The position numbers were made by a program, and so were the translations under genes. 45,737 bases of DNA from the IMG/VR virus record IMGVR_UViG_3300037461_001120, positions 1-45,737 of that record; one strand, given 5' to 3'. The notes below the pieces were generated by a model. It did no database searches. It worked only from the letters and a program-made list of their open reading frames with translations, and was not told where the DNA came from. Shown here in pieces: positions 25,702 through 35,398 of this stretch. Every line of letters starts with the position of its first letter. Within the stretch, counting starts at the first letter, position 1. This stretch comes from a virus (Duplodnaviria; Caudoviricetes).

Positions 25702-26319
25702 TCACTTCCACACGAGGCGGAAAAAGTACACCGTGATGGGGCAGGACTCCGACTCATCCTCCCGGGCCGCCTTGGCGCGGATGCTGACGGACGACCCTGC
25801 GGGGACGAACGAGACGGACCAGGAGTTCAGCGACGTGTCGGAAGCGGAGGACCGCACCAGGAACCCGGCCGGAACCAGGACCATTTTGGCCCCGTCCTCC
25901 GCCGTGAACCCTGCGGGCATGGGGACCACGGTTCCGTCGGTCCCTGACAGCGGTGCCGGGTCCATAAAAAAGCAACGGCTCAGGGGATCGAACTTGCCGA
26001 AATGGTCCTTGGTGACGGCGCCGATCCCGATATGCCACGGCCCGATCTGGTTGGCCCCGATCATGCCCCCGGAGATCGAGGCCTTGTCGAGGGGGTCGTT
26101 GGTCGTGTACCCGGCGTGGTGCGTCCATGCGTGGTTGTTGAGGGCCTCGTCGAGGTCGCACTTGGTCGGCTGAATCCCGGCATTGTCGGCGATGTTGGTG
26201 TTGTCCACGTTGTTGAGGGCCGCGGCGAAGACGGCGAGGATGCGCTGGAGCACCCCGCTGTCGGCGGGGGTCCAGTTGTCGCCGTCCGAAAACTGCCACG
26301 ACTCGGTGATCCTGGCCAC
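25702..26319 (-). CDS. Virion/tail-associated protein, paralog B
   Basis: GTG start after AAGGAG; NNVDNTNI..A.I..K motif. Confidence 0.7.
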   Translation of the reverse strand: MARITESWQFSDGDNWTPADSGVLQRILAVFAAALNNVDNTNIADNAGIQPTKCDLDEALNNHAWTHHAGYTTNDPLDKASISGGMIGANQIGPWHIGIGAVTKDHFGKFDPLSRCFFMDPAPLSGTDGTVVPMPAGFTAEDGAKMVLVPAGFLVRSSASDTSLNSWSVSFVPAGSSVSIRAKAAREDESESCPITVYFFRLVWK

Positions 26320-26321
26320 GG

Positions 26322-26564
26322 TCACTCCTTCTCGAGGTACAGCACGCCGGGGTCCATCGTGTCCGACGTTTTCTCGATGGCCTGCACGGTCGCCCCGGCG
26401 ATCTGGCACATGATCCTTGCGGCGTCACGCAGGGAAACCGAGTTAACCTCCGGGGTGAGATCCGCGACGTAGACATGGGCCTGCCGGGTGGCCCGGGCCT
26501 CCGCGACCCGGGCCGCCAAAATGCCGATTGCCGTCATGGCCACCCCGAGAGGCATCTCGCCCAT
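26322..26564 (-). CDS. Hypothetical protein
   Basis: GGAGG RBS; operon packing. Confidence 0.6.
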   Translation of the reverse strand: MGEMPLGVAMTAIGILAARVAEARATRQAHVYVADLTPEVNSVSLRDAARIMCQIAGATVQAIEKTSDTMDPGVLYLEKE

Positions 26565-26578
26565 TTCGATCCTCCGGC

Positions 26579-26743
26579 TTAGGGGTTCTTCCCCTCGGTC
26601 GTCGGGGGGTAGATCTCGTCGAAGCTGCGGAAGTTCCGCAGGTCTTCGTAGGTGATTTCCTCCAGGGGCTTGTTGAGAGACTTGAAAACTTCGAGAGCGA
26701 TGCTCAGGCCGAACGTGATCCAGTCGGTCAAGCTGATGGGCAT
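26579..26743 (-). CDS. Small hypothetical protein (lysis cassette)
   Basis: AAGGAGG RBS; TGATG overlap. Confidence 0.6.
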   Translation of the reverse strand: MPISLTDWITFGLSIALEVFKSLNKPLEEITYEDLRNFRSFDEIYPPTTEGKNP

Positions 26744-27153
26744 CACATCACCTCCTTGGTGAGATCGAGCAGCATTTTCGGGGGCGGCAGGTTCCACTGC
26801 CGGTATAGATCGACCATCTCGACCATCAGCTTAAACAGTTCGCTGATGAGTACCGACACGCGGGCTTGCCCCTGTGCGTTGGCGATGATCTCAATCGACT
26901 GCAACGTGTCGGTCGCGGCCCGGTGGGCGGTCTTGAACTTGTTGTCCAGCGTGCGAAACTGCTGGATGCCGAGCGGGGGAATCTTGTTCGCCTCGGCGAA
27001 CGCCTTGACGTTGTCCTGCACGTCGTACCACCCCGCTTTGAGGGTGTACAGGGTGCGCTTCGAGGTGTTGATGAATGACGACTTGCAGTCGGCCGCCGCG
27101 AGCAGTAGGCAGAAAACCGCCACCAGGGCGATCAGGGTCAGGTGTTTTTTCAT
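26743..27153 (-). CDS. Predicted lipoprotein (spanin-like?)
   Basis: MKKH + hydrophobic stretch + LAAAD-C; directly after the endolysin. Confidence 0.55.
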   Translation of the reverse strand: MKKHLTLIALVAVFCLLLAAADCKSSFINTSKRTLYTLKAGWYDVQDNVKAFAEANKIPPLGIQQFRTLDNKFKTAHRAATDTLQSIEIIANAQGQARVSVLISELFKLMVEMVDLYRQWNLPPPKMLLDLTKEVM

Positions 27154-27156
27154 GGT

Positions 27157-27699
27157 CTATCCCTCCTGGATGACATCATATTGGTCGAGTTTGTACTTGT
27201 CAATCAAGGCAATGCAATTGTCGGCGTAGGTCGGGGCCGTGGAGTAGCCCGCGGCCTGCACCCGGCGCAGGAACTCCCGGGGGTCCGCAGTCACCCGCAT
27301 GGCCTCCCGGTAGCGGGGCGCCGTGAGGAAAAGCCTGGAGTGGTCCTCGAAGCTCTCCTCGTCGTTCGCGTATCGCCGGAACACGTCACGGATGCGGACC
27401 TTTCTCCGTTTCGTTGTGCCGGCGACGGTGACGTACTCATGGGTCCAGAGTACCTGCATATCCTCCGGGACCATGCTTTCCATGTACGTTCCAGCCTCCA
27501 GGGCGGCGCGGATGATGCGTGCCATTCTCCCGGTGGCCTTGATCCCGAACCAGTTGTGTCCCTTGACGGAGCCACCCCAACCCGTCTCGAGGATTGCCTG
27601 GGCAAGGATCGTGCTGGCCGGGATGCCTGTTGCTTTCATGCAGGCCACGGCAGCCGGCGCAATCGTCGCGATGAACTCCTGTCTTTCTTTCAGCGTCAT
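27157..27699 (-). CDS. Endolysin, GH73 glucosaminidase / FlgJ-like
   Basis: ILAQAILETGWG, NWFGIKA, T.EY, FRRY, GYSTAPTYA motifs. Confidence 0.9.
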   Translation of the reverse strand: MTLKERQEFIATIAPAAVACMKATGIPASTILAQAILETGWGGSVKGHNWFGIKATGRMARIIRAALEAGTYMESMVPEDMQVLWTHEYVTVAGTTKRRKVRIRDVFRRYANDEESFEDHSRLFLTAPRYREAMRVTADPREFLRRVQAAGYSTAPTYADNCIALIDKYKLDQYDVIQEG

Positions 27700-28106
27700 C
27701 CCCGCCCTCCCCGGACTTCAGTCCGCAACAGGCCAACCTCGTCGTTGAGCAGTTCCAGCTTGCTGTCGAGTTGGTCCAGCTTGCCGTTGATCCTCACAAT
27801 ATCCTCCGAGCGGATGTGAAACTTTGACTGGTAATCGTCTACCCGGTGCCCCAACACCACAACGAGGTTCTCGATCCTCTCGTGTTCCTTGTCGGCATCG
27901 ACGAGGATTCGATCTTTTTCGTGATTGAGGGCATTGATCTGCCTCTGGAACGCCTCGCAGTTGTCGGTGAGCTTCTGCATAATGACCCCGTTCTGGGCCT
28001 CGATTGCCGAGGTCTTGGACAGCAACCGGAACACGATGATCACGAGTCCGGCGACAGCGCCGTTGAGCAACAGGAGCAGGAAATCGAACAGTTTTTCGGG
28101 ACTCAT
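27696..28106 (-). CDS. Membrane-anchored coiled-coil protein (lysis-associated)
   Basis: One N-terminal transmembrane segment followed by heptad repeats. Confidence 0.65.
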   Translation of the reverse strand: MSPEKLFDFLLLLLNGAVAGLVIIVFRLLSKTSAIEAQNGVIMQKLTDNCEAFQRQINALNHEKDRILVDADKEHERIENLVVVLGHRVDDYQSKFHIRSEDIVRINGKLDQLDSKLELLNDEVGLLRTEVRGGRG

Positions 28107-28270
28107 TTACTACCCTCCTTGCGGCGGGGGATGTACATGGCGAGCGCCCCGCCGAGAGTCGTGATGATCGGGAGCAGGGAGTCGGTCGTGTGCGTGAGTG
28201 TCGCCACGGCCACGAGGGACAGGATTAAGCACACCATTGCCCACAGGGGTTGGTCGAACTCGGTTTTCAC
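28103..28270 (-). CDS. Putative holin (55 aa, two TM segments)
   Basis: GTG start overlapping the previous stop; two hydrophobic helices and a basic tail. Confidence 0.5.
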   Translation of the reverse strand: MKTEFDQPLWAMVCLILSLVAVATLTHTTDSLLPIITTLGGALAMYIPRRKEGSK

Positions 28271-28692
28271 GGTTCCTCCGGGGGCTTCGGCTCTTCCTTC
28301 GGCTTGTCCTCGGGGTCGAGCCACATTTGGAACGTCAGGAACACGAAGTCCTCGCTCAGGCCCAGTTCGTTCTTCGGGTTGAACTTGTCGTAGTCCGCCG
28401 GAATCCAGTACAGATCCACGGGTTCCTTCATCAGCTTCTTCAGCCGCTTCTGGATCTCCTCGTGCTGGGGGGTGCCCGGGTCGATGGTCGGGTTGCCCCG
28501 CTCGTCCTTCCCGGTGGCGAGTTCCTCCAGCCACGCCTTGCGCGTCTCGTTGAGGATTTCCATCTCGCCCTGCAAGGTCTTCCTGAGCTTGGCCAAGCGG
28601 TAGCTCATGGTCGTGTCCTTGCACTTCTTGACCTGCCCGAACTCCTTCAGGCCCTCCGCGATGTTTAGTGCTTCTTCCAGAGTGGTTTTCAT
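28267..28692 (-). CDS. Hypothetical protein (possible tail-fibre chaperone)
   Basis: SYRLAKL.K.L..E...NETRK pattern, common downstream of phage fibres. Confidence 0.65.
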   Translation of the reverse strand: MKTTLEEALNIAEGLKEFGQVKKCKDTTMSYRLAKLRKTLQGEMEILNETRKAWLEELATGKDERGNPTIDPGTPQHEEIQKRLKKLMKEPVDLYWIPADYDKFNPKNELGLSEDFVFLTFQMWLDPEDKPKEEPKPPEEP

Positions 28693-28694
28693 CG

Positions 28695-28964
28695 TCACAC
28701 CTTCAGCTTGTAGAGGGCCTTCAGCCACTGCCCGGTTGCTTCCGACCACGCGATCATGTCGGTGGTCTTGGTGTGGACAGCGTTCACGTCGCCCCCGGCG
28801 ATGTCGGCGTTGCCGTTTCCGGCCTCGATGTCGGCGGTGAAGTCTTTCGCCCCCCAGTTGCGGGCGTCGGCCTCCAGCTTCAGGGCCCGGAGTTCCTCCA
28901 GCGCGTTCAGGATCTGCCGTGCGGCGATCCTGACCTCGGAAATGTGGTTTGTGATGCGTGCCAT
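28695..28964 (-). CDS. Hypothetical protein
   Basis: AGGAGG RBS before ATG 28964. Confidence 0.65.
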   Translation of the reverse strand: MARITNHISEVRIAARQILNALEELRALKLEADARNWGAKDFTADIEAGNGNADIAGGDVNAVHTKTTDMIAWSEATGQWLKALYKLKV

Positions 28965-28995
28965 CTGTACCTCCTGAAAGTATGGTAGTTCGTAC

Positions 28996-31743
28996 TCATG
29001 CGGACAATCTGCTTTTTTCCACATACGATCCGCTCTCGCGCCGGTAGAACACGAGGTCGTCACCGTCACGGACGCATTTCCACGTCCCATCGGTAATCGG
29101 GTCGCCCCAGTAGAAGGCCCCCGTGGACACGCACTCGATGTCGCCGTTGACATCCAACTTCGAGGTCGGCACGCACCCGATCCCGATCCGGTCCAGCCCC
29201 GCGTCGAGGTTGAACAGCAGGGTGTCGGTGTCGCCTTCGATCCGAAAATCGTAGTCGGCCCCGCTCTCGTTGAAGATCGCGCCACCGTCGTAGGTGAGCG
29301 TTCGGTTCGCCCCATCGAAAGTTGCGTGAGTTGTACCATTATAACTCAGCGTGAACGTGCTCGCGGTTGTCGTGCTCCAATCCCAATATCTCCATGCGCC
29401 GGCCGTGGTGTCGTAGCCGTACAGGCGTTCTGTTATCGTGCGCCCATCGTTGCCGTGGGTGAGATACCACACGACGTTGGTGCTTGCGAGGGCGGCAGAG
29501 TATTTTTGCGCTTCGATCAGTTTGCCGGTGGATGCCGTCACGTCCTCGATATACACTAAAGATCCTGAACTAGTATATGCCCCAAGTGTATTAGCTCTCC
29601 GAACGTACAGACAGGGATCAGAGGTTGATTTTGTCAAAGACCCGCTTTGGCCGAACCTCCCCGCACAACCAGTTGCGGTAGTGCCATAAATTCCATAATA
29701 TGACGTGGACGTACCGAATACTCCTACGCCAGCGGTACCTCCCCCGTACACTCCGGCGCACCCCGTGGTCGATGGCCCCGTGGTAGTTCCATAAACGCCG
29801 TACACTACCCCCGTTCCTGCTAACCCGGAACCATAAGCCGAACTACAATTTATGGCGTAGGAAGACCCATAGTTGCGAAAATATCCAGCAGTAGCGGAGT
29901 AGGTATAGCACCCCAGGGACATCGGAGATCCGGTGTACGCGTAAGCATAAATCGTCCCGGTGGTCAGGTTCCATGCCGCGCCGTCCCAGTTGGCGACGAG
30001 ATCAGATCCGCCCGTTATCCCGTCCACGATGAACGGATTGCTTGCATATGCGCTCGGGTACAACGCGATCCAAAACGTACTGCCCACGGATGAGTCGTTT
30101 AGTTGCAAGTCCAATGCTGTGTATGATGTGCTCAAATTATACGCATAAACTAAAGCCCCGGTCGTATCTGCGGCAGAGGGCTTGCTCGGACTACCTCCAT
30201 CGTCAGTCCATGTGTACACTCGAACGTAGGCCGTGTCGGCTGTCGAGGCTGATTTTTTGATTCGCAGTCTTACCCTACCGATATTTGTCGCCGAACCTAG
30301 CGTCACCTTAAACGCTGTGCGTGCATAGTTGAGGCTAATATCTGATCCCGTTCCGGTGTTAGAAAAAAACTGCGTGTTGTTCATCGTCACGGCCAGCGCC
30401 ACGCAGTCTCCCGAATATTCTGTTCCCGTGTACGCCAATTCATTGCGATGCGCCGCAAGACTGGGGAGCGTCTGCGTACTATTCAACCGACCCGTGTAGG
30501 TCAGGTTCCCCGTTACCGTCGCGGTCGTTCCGTCGTCGGAGAGGATGGAATTGCCGATGGTCGTGCCCGTGCCGGTGAACTTGGCGATGGTGTTGAGCGT
30601 CCCGGCAGGCACCGCCATGAACGCCGAGGCATGGCTCCCGTCCACCGTGTCGGCGTCCAACCCGCTCCCCGCGCCGTCATTGTAAGAAGTCCATATCTTG
30701 CCGTGATTTCCGCTCGCATCGGTGTAATAAAGGTGATGGTCCGATGCGAGGGAGTAGATCTTCGTGTAATTCGCCGTGGCAGAGGGTGCAGTCGTCTCAT
30801 ACAGGGCCGCGACCATTCCGCTTCCGTTCCCGGTAAACCAAAACGTGTTGTCGTCGTCAGAGGTTCTCGCGAGGCCCATCGTCCAACCGCTTCCGGTTGC
30901 ACGCAAATGCTGGTTCGCAACCGGCATCTGCATCGGGCTTGTCGCCTCGTTGGTGTGCAAGACGTAGGCCGCGACCGGACTGCTCATGTCCGACTTGTTC
31001 TGCCGATAGCGTAGATATAAGTCGCTGTCAACCCACAGCTTCGCGTAGTCGGTGGTCATGGTGGGTTGAGTGCCCTTTTTAACCGACAGGATTCCGGCCG
31101 TCAGGGACACCGTCGTCCCGTCGTCGGTGATGGTGCTGTCGCCAAGGGTTCCGAGGGCGTCGGTCCACCTGGGGACCGTGTTCGTCGTCCCGATCCCCGT
31201 CACGAGGTTGTAGGTTGCGGCGGGCACGTCTGGGTCCGGGTTGAACGGGTTGTACACGTCAACGATGGGATGAAGGCTGTCGTTAAGCGAGTAGTGCGTG
31301 TAGTCGCTCGTGGCGTTGCCGCTGCACTGGCGGACGTAGTGGGAGAGGGCGAAGGGTTCATCCGCGTAGGGTTCCCAGATCGGCCGGAGCGCGTAGGCTG
31401 AAGCCTCCGCCCACCCGATCACCGACACCGGCACGCCCAGGTCGGCGAGGTAGAGGAACCCTGGCCCCTGGGCGAAGAGGTTGGCCCCCGTCCCGCCGAA
31501 CTGCGTTCCGACCACCCCGGAGGTGATGTCCTCCCCGGGGTGCTGGTGGGCCGGCAGGACAAACGCCGATGCGCCTCCCCCGCCTCCCCCGAAGGCGCGG
31601 GCCTGGATCTCCACGTTCCCGTTGATCACTCCCTCGACCCTGGCCCACAGGGCATTGATGTGCTCCTCGGTCTCGAGGAGTTGCCTCACCTCCAGGTTGT
31701 CCCCGGGGTGGTGGTGCCGGTGGTAGCGGCGGATTTCGGTCAT
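28996..31743 (-). CDS. Tail fibre / receptor-binding protein
   Basis: HQHPGEDITSG, NDGAGSGLDADTVDG.HAS, GNS.L.DDGT repeats, G-V-Y-G beta repeats, RIGIG..P.SKLDVNGDI. Confidence 0.85.
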   Translation of the reverse strand: MTEIRRYHRHHHPGDNLEVRQLLETEEHINALWARVEGVINGNVEIQARAFGGGGGGASAFVLPAHQHPGEDITSGVVGTQFGGTGANLFAQGPGFLYLADLGVPVSVIGWAEASAYALRPIWEPYADEPFALSHYVRQCSGNATSDYTHYSLNDSLHPIVDVYNPFNPDPDVPAATYNLVTGIGTTNTVPRWTDALGTLGDSTITDDGTTVSLTAGILSVKKGTQPTMTTDYAKLWVDSDLYLRYRQNKSDMSSPVAAYVLHTNEATSPMQMPVANQHLRATGSGWTMGLARTSDDDNTFWFTGNGSGMVAALYETTAPSATANYTKIYSLASDHHLYYTDASGNHGKIWTSYNDGAGSGLDADTVDGSHASAFMAVPAGTLNTIAKFTGTGTTIGNSILSDDGTTATVTGNLTYTGRLNSTQTLPSLAAHRNELAYTGTEYSGDCVALAVTMNNTQFFSNTGTGSDISLNYARTAFKVTLGSATNIGRVRLRIKKSASTADTAYVRVYTWTDDGGSPSKPSAADTTGALVYAYNLSTSYTALDLQLNDSSVGSTFWIALYPSAYASNPFIVDGITGGSDLVANWDGAAWNLTTGTIYAYAYTGSPMSLGCYTYSATAGYFRNYGSSYAINCSSAYGSGLAGTGVVYGVYGTTTGPSTTGCAGVYGGGTAGVGVFGTSTSYYGIYGTTATGCAGRFGQSGSLTKSTSDPCLYVRRANTLGAYTSSGSLVYIEDVTASTGKLIEAQKYSAALASTNVVWYLTHGNDGRTITERLYGYDTTAGAWRYWDWSTTTASTFTLSYNGTTHATFDGANRTLTYDGGAIFNESGADYDFRIEGDTDTLLFNLDAGLDRIGIGCVPTSKLDVNGDIECVSTGAFYWGDPITDGTWKCVRDGDDLVFYRRESGSYVEKSRLSA

Positions 31744-33833
31744 CGCCAGTTCCTCACCCTCTCTGTCTTCGGTTGGTAGATCAGACTGAAGGCCTTCAAG
31801 GTGAACCCATTGATGCTCTCCTCGACCATCTTGAACTGATAGGCCTTCACGACCTTGTTGCCGTAGGTGTTGACGTGCCGCTCGTCCCCGTCCAGGCAGG
31901 GTTCGTGCTCGACGACCCCCTCCGAGACGTAGGCGCCCCGGGAGTCATATCGCCCCGAGAGGGTAATCCTGATTTTCGCTGAGGCGATCACCTCGGTGTA
32001 GAGTCGCCGGATGCGGACCTGCTCGTCGATCAGGCCGATCTCGCCGGACTCGATCAGGACCGGAATGGGAAGGCCATCGTCGGAGTGGGCCCCGGGGTTC
32101 ATGCTCACGATTGTCCCGTCCGAAAGGCCGAGCAGGACCGCCTCCTGGCCCCCCTGCTGGAACATGTGGTAACAGGTGACCTGGACCGAGGGGTGGAACT
32201 TGTAAAGGAGGAAAGCCTGATTCGGCTGGATCACCAGGACCAGGTTCCCGTGCCGGCCGTCCTCCCCCAGGAGCACCCACGCCTGGTTGCGCCTCTGCGA
32301 GTATGCCATCATGGTGGCGGAGTACTGCGAGACGTTCACCTGCCGCTTCCGGGTCCGGTTGTCCATCAGGTTGGCGATCCGTTCGTACCCCGGGACCAGG
32401 CCGACCCCGGAGCCGGTGTACTGGCAGATTTGCCCACCGTGGGCCTGGAACAGGATGCGGTCGTTCATCACGCACACGGCATCCCGGCCGGCGAGGCCGA
32501 TCCCGTGGCACACCAAACGCTGGCTATAGTCGAAGATGTTCACCGCGTAAATCCGGTTCTGGAGGAACACGAGGAACTCGTCGAAGAAGGGGATGGCCGC
32601 CACGCCGATCACGGCGCCTTCGTAAGACAGGTAGGTGTAGAAGGTCTCGGGGTCTCCGACCTCGGAGACGTACACCCCCGTCCCGTCCGCCACGATCAGG
32701 GTATTCTTGGTGGAGCAGATCGCGGTGCCCTGCCGGGGGACCAGTTTCAACTCGTGCAACTGTTCCCCGAGTTGCTCGTCGGGGGTGTTGTCGAAGAAAT
32801 ACCAGTAGAGGTAGGTGCTCATTCCGGAGACGCTTTCCCACCACGCGACGCGGCCCCAGGGGATCGTGCTGTGGTAGTAGTACACCCCGGGCTTGTCCGC
32901 GTAGGTCCGGTAGACCTTGATGTTGCGGATGTAGGCGTCGTCGTAGTCGGGCCAGTCCTCGTAGGTGGCCCCGTGCAGGATCACCCGCACCCGGCCGAGA
33001 TCGACCTGCACGATGTTGTCCTCGACGACCGTGCTGATCTCGAGGCAGGGGTTGCTCTCGTGGCCGTCCCGCGAGACGAGGGTGAAAACGTAGTGGTACG
33101 TCCCCGTCAGGTTGCCGTCCTGGTAGACCTCGTCCTCCCGTTGGTTGACGTTGGCGAAGAGGCCGTACTCGTAGTCGTCGGAGTAGTCCCAGGCGAACAC
33201 GACCCGCGTGGGCACGGCCGCGGCCCCGATCTCGTCCCACCCGTCCGAGAACGCATCCCAGTCGTGATAGAAGTACATGTCGTCGGTGAGGAGGACCATG
33301 TAGAGGGTGTAGACCCCGGCATTGTTCACGGTCTCGTAGACCGCGAAGGGGAACCCGTTGATCCAAACCACGGTGTGCGGGTACTGCGGGATCTCGGTCC
33401 AGTCCCCCGCCCCCTGGGCGAAGTTCTCGACATCGACCTCGTACCGCTCCTCCACCGCGTTGTAGGTGGGTTTTACCGGCAACCCACCGGATTCTACCAG
33501 GGTCGCGTAACCCTCGATCAGGCTCTTTCCGACCGGCCCGATCCTCTCGTACCCCGACCCCGTGAGATCCTCCTCCGGCCGCCACGACTCCCAATCGGAA
33601 TCGGCCTCGACCCCGATCTCCCAATAGTACTGCCCGTCGAACTTCCAGAGGTGCCCGACGTTGTCCAGAAAGAACAGCATTCCGGCCGCTGGGCAGAACT
33701 GGGGGCGCCGCAGGCCGGGGCCGAACCCCGTCAGCGCGATGGGGTCGTCGGGGGGATTCCAGGCGCCCTGTCCGTAGATAGCGTACTGGTCGAAGGTGCG
33801 AACGTCGAGGGTGGAGGTGCAGAAAGTCCTCAT
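31740..33833 (-). CDS. Tail nozzle / stabilisation protein (P22 gp10 / T7 tube B-like), main part
   Basis: Beta-propeller-like VYVSEVGDPE, IGLAG..V; C-terminal DDG.PI...ESG..RIRRLY. Confidence 0.7.
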   Translation of the reverse strand: MRTFCTSTLDVRTFDQYAIYGQGAWNPPDDPIALTGFGPGLRRPQFCPAAGMLFFLDNVGHLWKFDGQYYWEIGVEADSDWESWRPEEDLTGSGYERIGPVGKSLIEGYATLVESGGLPVKPTYNAVEERYEVDVENFAQGAGDWTEIPQYPHTVVWINGFPFAVYETVNNAGVYTLYMVLLTDDMYFYHDWDAFSDGWDEIGAAAVPTRVVFAWDYSDDYEYGLFANVNQREDEVYQDGNLTGTYHYVFTLVSRDGHESNPCLEISTVVEDNIVQVDLGRVRVILHGATYEDWPDYDDAYIRNIKVYRTYADKPGVYYYHSTIPWGRVAWWESVSGMSTYLYWYFFDNTPDEQLGEQLHELKLVPRQGTAICSTKNTLIVADGTGVYVSEVGDPETFYTYLSYEGAVIGVAAIPFFDEFLVFLQNRIYAVNIFDYSQRLVCHGIGLAGRDAVCVMNDRILFQAHGGQICQYTGSGVGLVPGYERIANLMDNRTRKRQVNVSQYSATMMAYSQRRNQAWVLLGEDGRHGNLVLVIQPNQAFLLYKFHPSVQVTCYHMFQQGGQEAVLLGLSDGTIVSMNPGAHSDDGLPIPVLIESGEIGLIDEQVRIRRLYTEVIASAKIRITLSGRYDSRGAYVSEGVVEHEPCLDGDERHVNTYGNKVVKAYQFKMVEESINGFTLKAFSLIYQPKTERVRNWR

Positions 33834-34258
33834 GTGTACACCCAGTCCCAGGTTCCCGCCCCACCGTAGGTTCCCCGCGGAACCTCCTCATAGTGGTCAA
33901 AGTTGTTGTTGTAGGGATACCAGGGCATCTCCTGGTAGAAGTGGGGTCGCACCAGGCCCCGGGGCGTTCCGGAGGCGATGGTCTGGAACCACACCAGGTG
34001 CTTGCTGGTGTCGGGCCGTTCCCAGTACTGGATGGCCCCGGCGAAACCGTTGCCGGTCGTCAGGATCTCGGAACCGTCCCAGAACTCGTTGACGAAGTGT
34101 TCCTCGTACCCGTCGCGCTTCCGGTATCCCCCGACCGGACTCGTGTCGAGGTTGTGGGCGTCGGCGCACTCGAACACCTGGAGGATGGCCTCGATCGGAC
34201 CGTAATTCACCCCTCCGACGTTCCGGTTGTAGTGGAGGTGATGCTTCTTGATAGGCAT
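33830..34258 (-). CDS. N-terminal-like part of the tail nozzle protein
   Basis: GGVN....EC.DA.N.D...GG.RKRDGY is the usual start of nozzle/tube-B proteins. Confidence 0.6.
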   Translation of the reverse strand: MPIKKHHLHYNRNVGGVNYGPIEAILQVFECADAHNLDTSPVGGYRKRDGYEEHFVNEFWDGSEILTTGNGFAGAIQYWERPDTSKHLVWFQTIASGTPRGLVRPHFYQEMPWYPYNNNFDHYEEVPRGTYGGAGTWDWVYT

Positions 34259-34261
34259 GGC

Positions 34262-34906
34262 TCACCACCTGCACCTGTTGTGTTCCTTCTTTTCGGGTTG
34301 GTGGAACTGCGCCGTGCGGGAGAGCTTCGTCCGGAACCCGAACCTGTTGAGTTCCTCCTGGTACAACTCCCAATAACGCTTGTACTCGTCCTCGGTGGCC
34401 CGAAGAGCCCGGGCGCAAACGAAGTACACGATGGCGTTGCGGAAGCGGTCGTCGCAGGACAGGACCGTATCGTCCTCGTTCTCGTCGGTGGGGTCCAGCA
34501 TCTCGTGCCAGAGGCGCCCGATGAACGTGATGGTGGTCCCGGTGGCAACGTCGTCGGGGAATGTGCAGGTCCAGCCGGACTCTGACTCGGGGTCGGGGTC
34601 CAGTTGGACCCAGTACCCGACCTCGTCAAGGTAGCGGGCATACCCCGGGGTGATAGGCCAGTATTCGGTTTCGCCGATCCTGGCCATCGTCAGGCTGACG
34701 ATCTCCTTCGGCAGGTCGTAGACCGCACTGCCGTCCCCGGTCCCCGTGGCGCTCCCGTAGAAGGCCCCACAGCACGACAGATCCCGGAGTACCGCGTTGA
34801 TGTGGCGGTTCAGTTGGGAGTTCGACCAGGTTTTCTCCGCGTCAGGTTCTCCGAGGTCTTCCCGGATTTCCTCGCGCAGATCGGTTCGCGTCATGGTGGC
34901 GGCCAC
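34262..34906 (-). CDS. Head-tail adaptor (P22 gp4-like)
   Basis: MT..DLR..IR..LGE...W....LN..IN and AIV.F...RA patterns; synteny. Confidence 0.7.
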   Translation of the reverse strand: MAATMTRTDLREEIREDLGEPDAEKTWSNSQLNRHINAVLRDLSCCGAFYGSATGTGDGSAVYDLPKEIVSLTMARIGETEYWPITPGYARYLDEVGYWVQLDPDPESESGWTCTFPDDVATGTTITFIGRLWHEMLDPTDENEDDTVLSCDDRFRNAIVYFVCARALRATEDEYKRYWELYQEELNRFGFRTKLSRTAQFHQPEKKEHNRCRW

Positions 34907-35339
34907 GGGATTTCTCCTTGACGGTCGGGATTCCGCGCCGGGATTTCACCGGCACGTCGGGGGCTTTCTTGGGGGTCGGGGGAGGCGGAGCCACGCCGGC
35001 GTTGTTGGCCGCGGCAAGGACCGTTCCCCGCTCCCGCTCCCACTCCTGCTCCTCCGGGTTTCGCTCCCGGGGAGGCGGTGCCCCGGGGCGACGCTTCTTC
35101 TCGATGGCCAGGTTTTTCGCCTCCCGGCGCAGGGCCGCGAGAGCCGGATCGTCGGTTCTCCCGTTCCCCGGCTTGAGGATCGGCCACGGGGGACGACCGT
35201 TCATCCCGGCCGGCGTGATCCTGGGGTTCGCGGTCAGCTTGCGGACCAGGGAGAAATCGGTGTCGGGAACCTCCGCACGGTGATCCACAAACTCCACTCC
35301 GTTGACCGTAACATGGCTCCAGATGTGCCAGAAAATCAC
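34842..35339 (-). CDS. Hypothetical Pro/Arg-rich protein
   Basis: Best-looking frame in the gap; frame choice uncertain. Confidence 0.45.
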   Translation of the reverse strand: MIFWHIWSHVTVNGVEFVDHRAEVPDTDFSLVRKLTANPRITPAGMNGRPPWPILKPGNGRTDDPALAALRREAKNLAIEKKRRPGAPPPRERNPEEQEWERERGTVLAAANNAGVAPPPPTPKKAPDVPVKSRRGIPTVKEKSRGRHHDANRSARGNPGRPRRT

Positions 35340-35358
35340 GTTTCACCATCAGGTAAAT

Positions 35359-35390
35359 GGGGGCGGGCCCCGGAGGGTGGGCCCGCCCCC
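35359..35390 (-). terminator. Strong hairpin after the capsid/decoration genes (terminator or stabiliser)
   Basis: GGGGGCGGGCCC-N8-GGGCCCGCCCCC 12-bp stem; weak U tract. Confidence 0.55.
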
Positions 35391-35398
35391 CCCGGGGA

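Noticed and set aside
28996-31743. Diversity-generating retroelement or invertible tail-fibre system
   Set aside because: No reverse transcriptase, invertase or template/variable repeat pair was seen.
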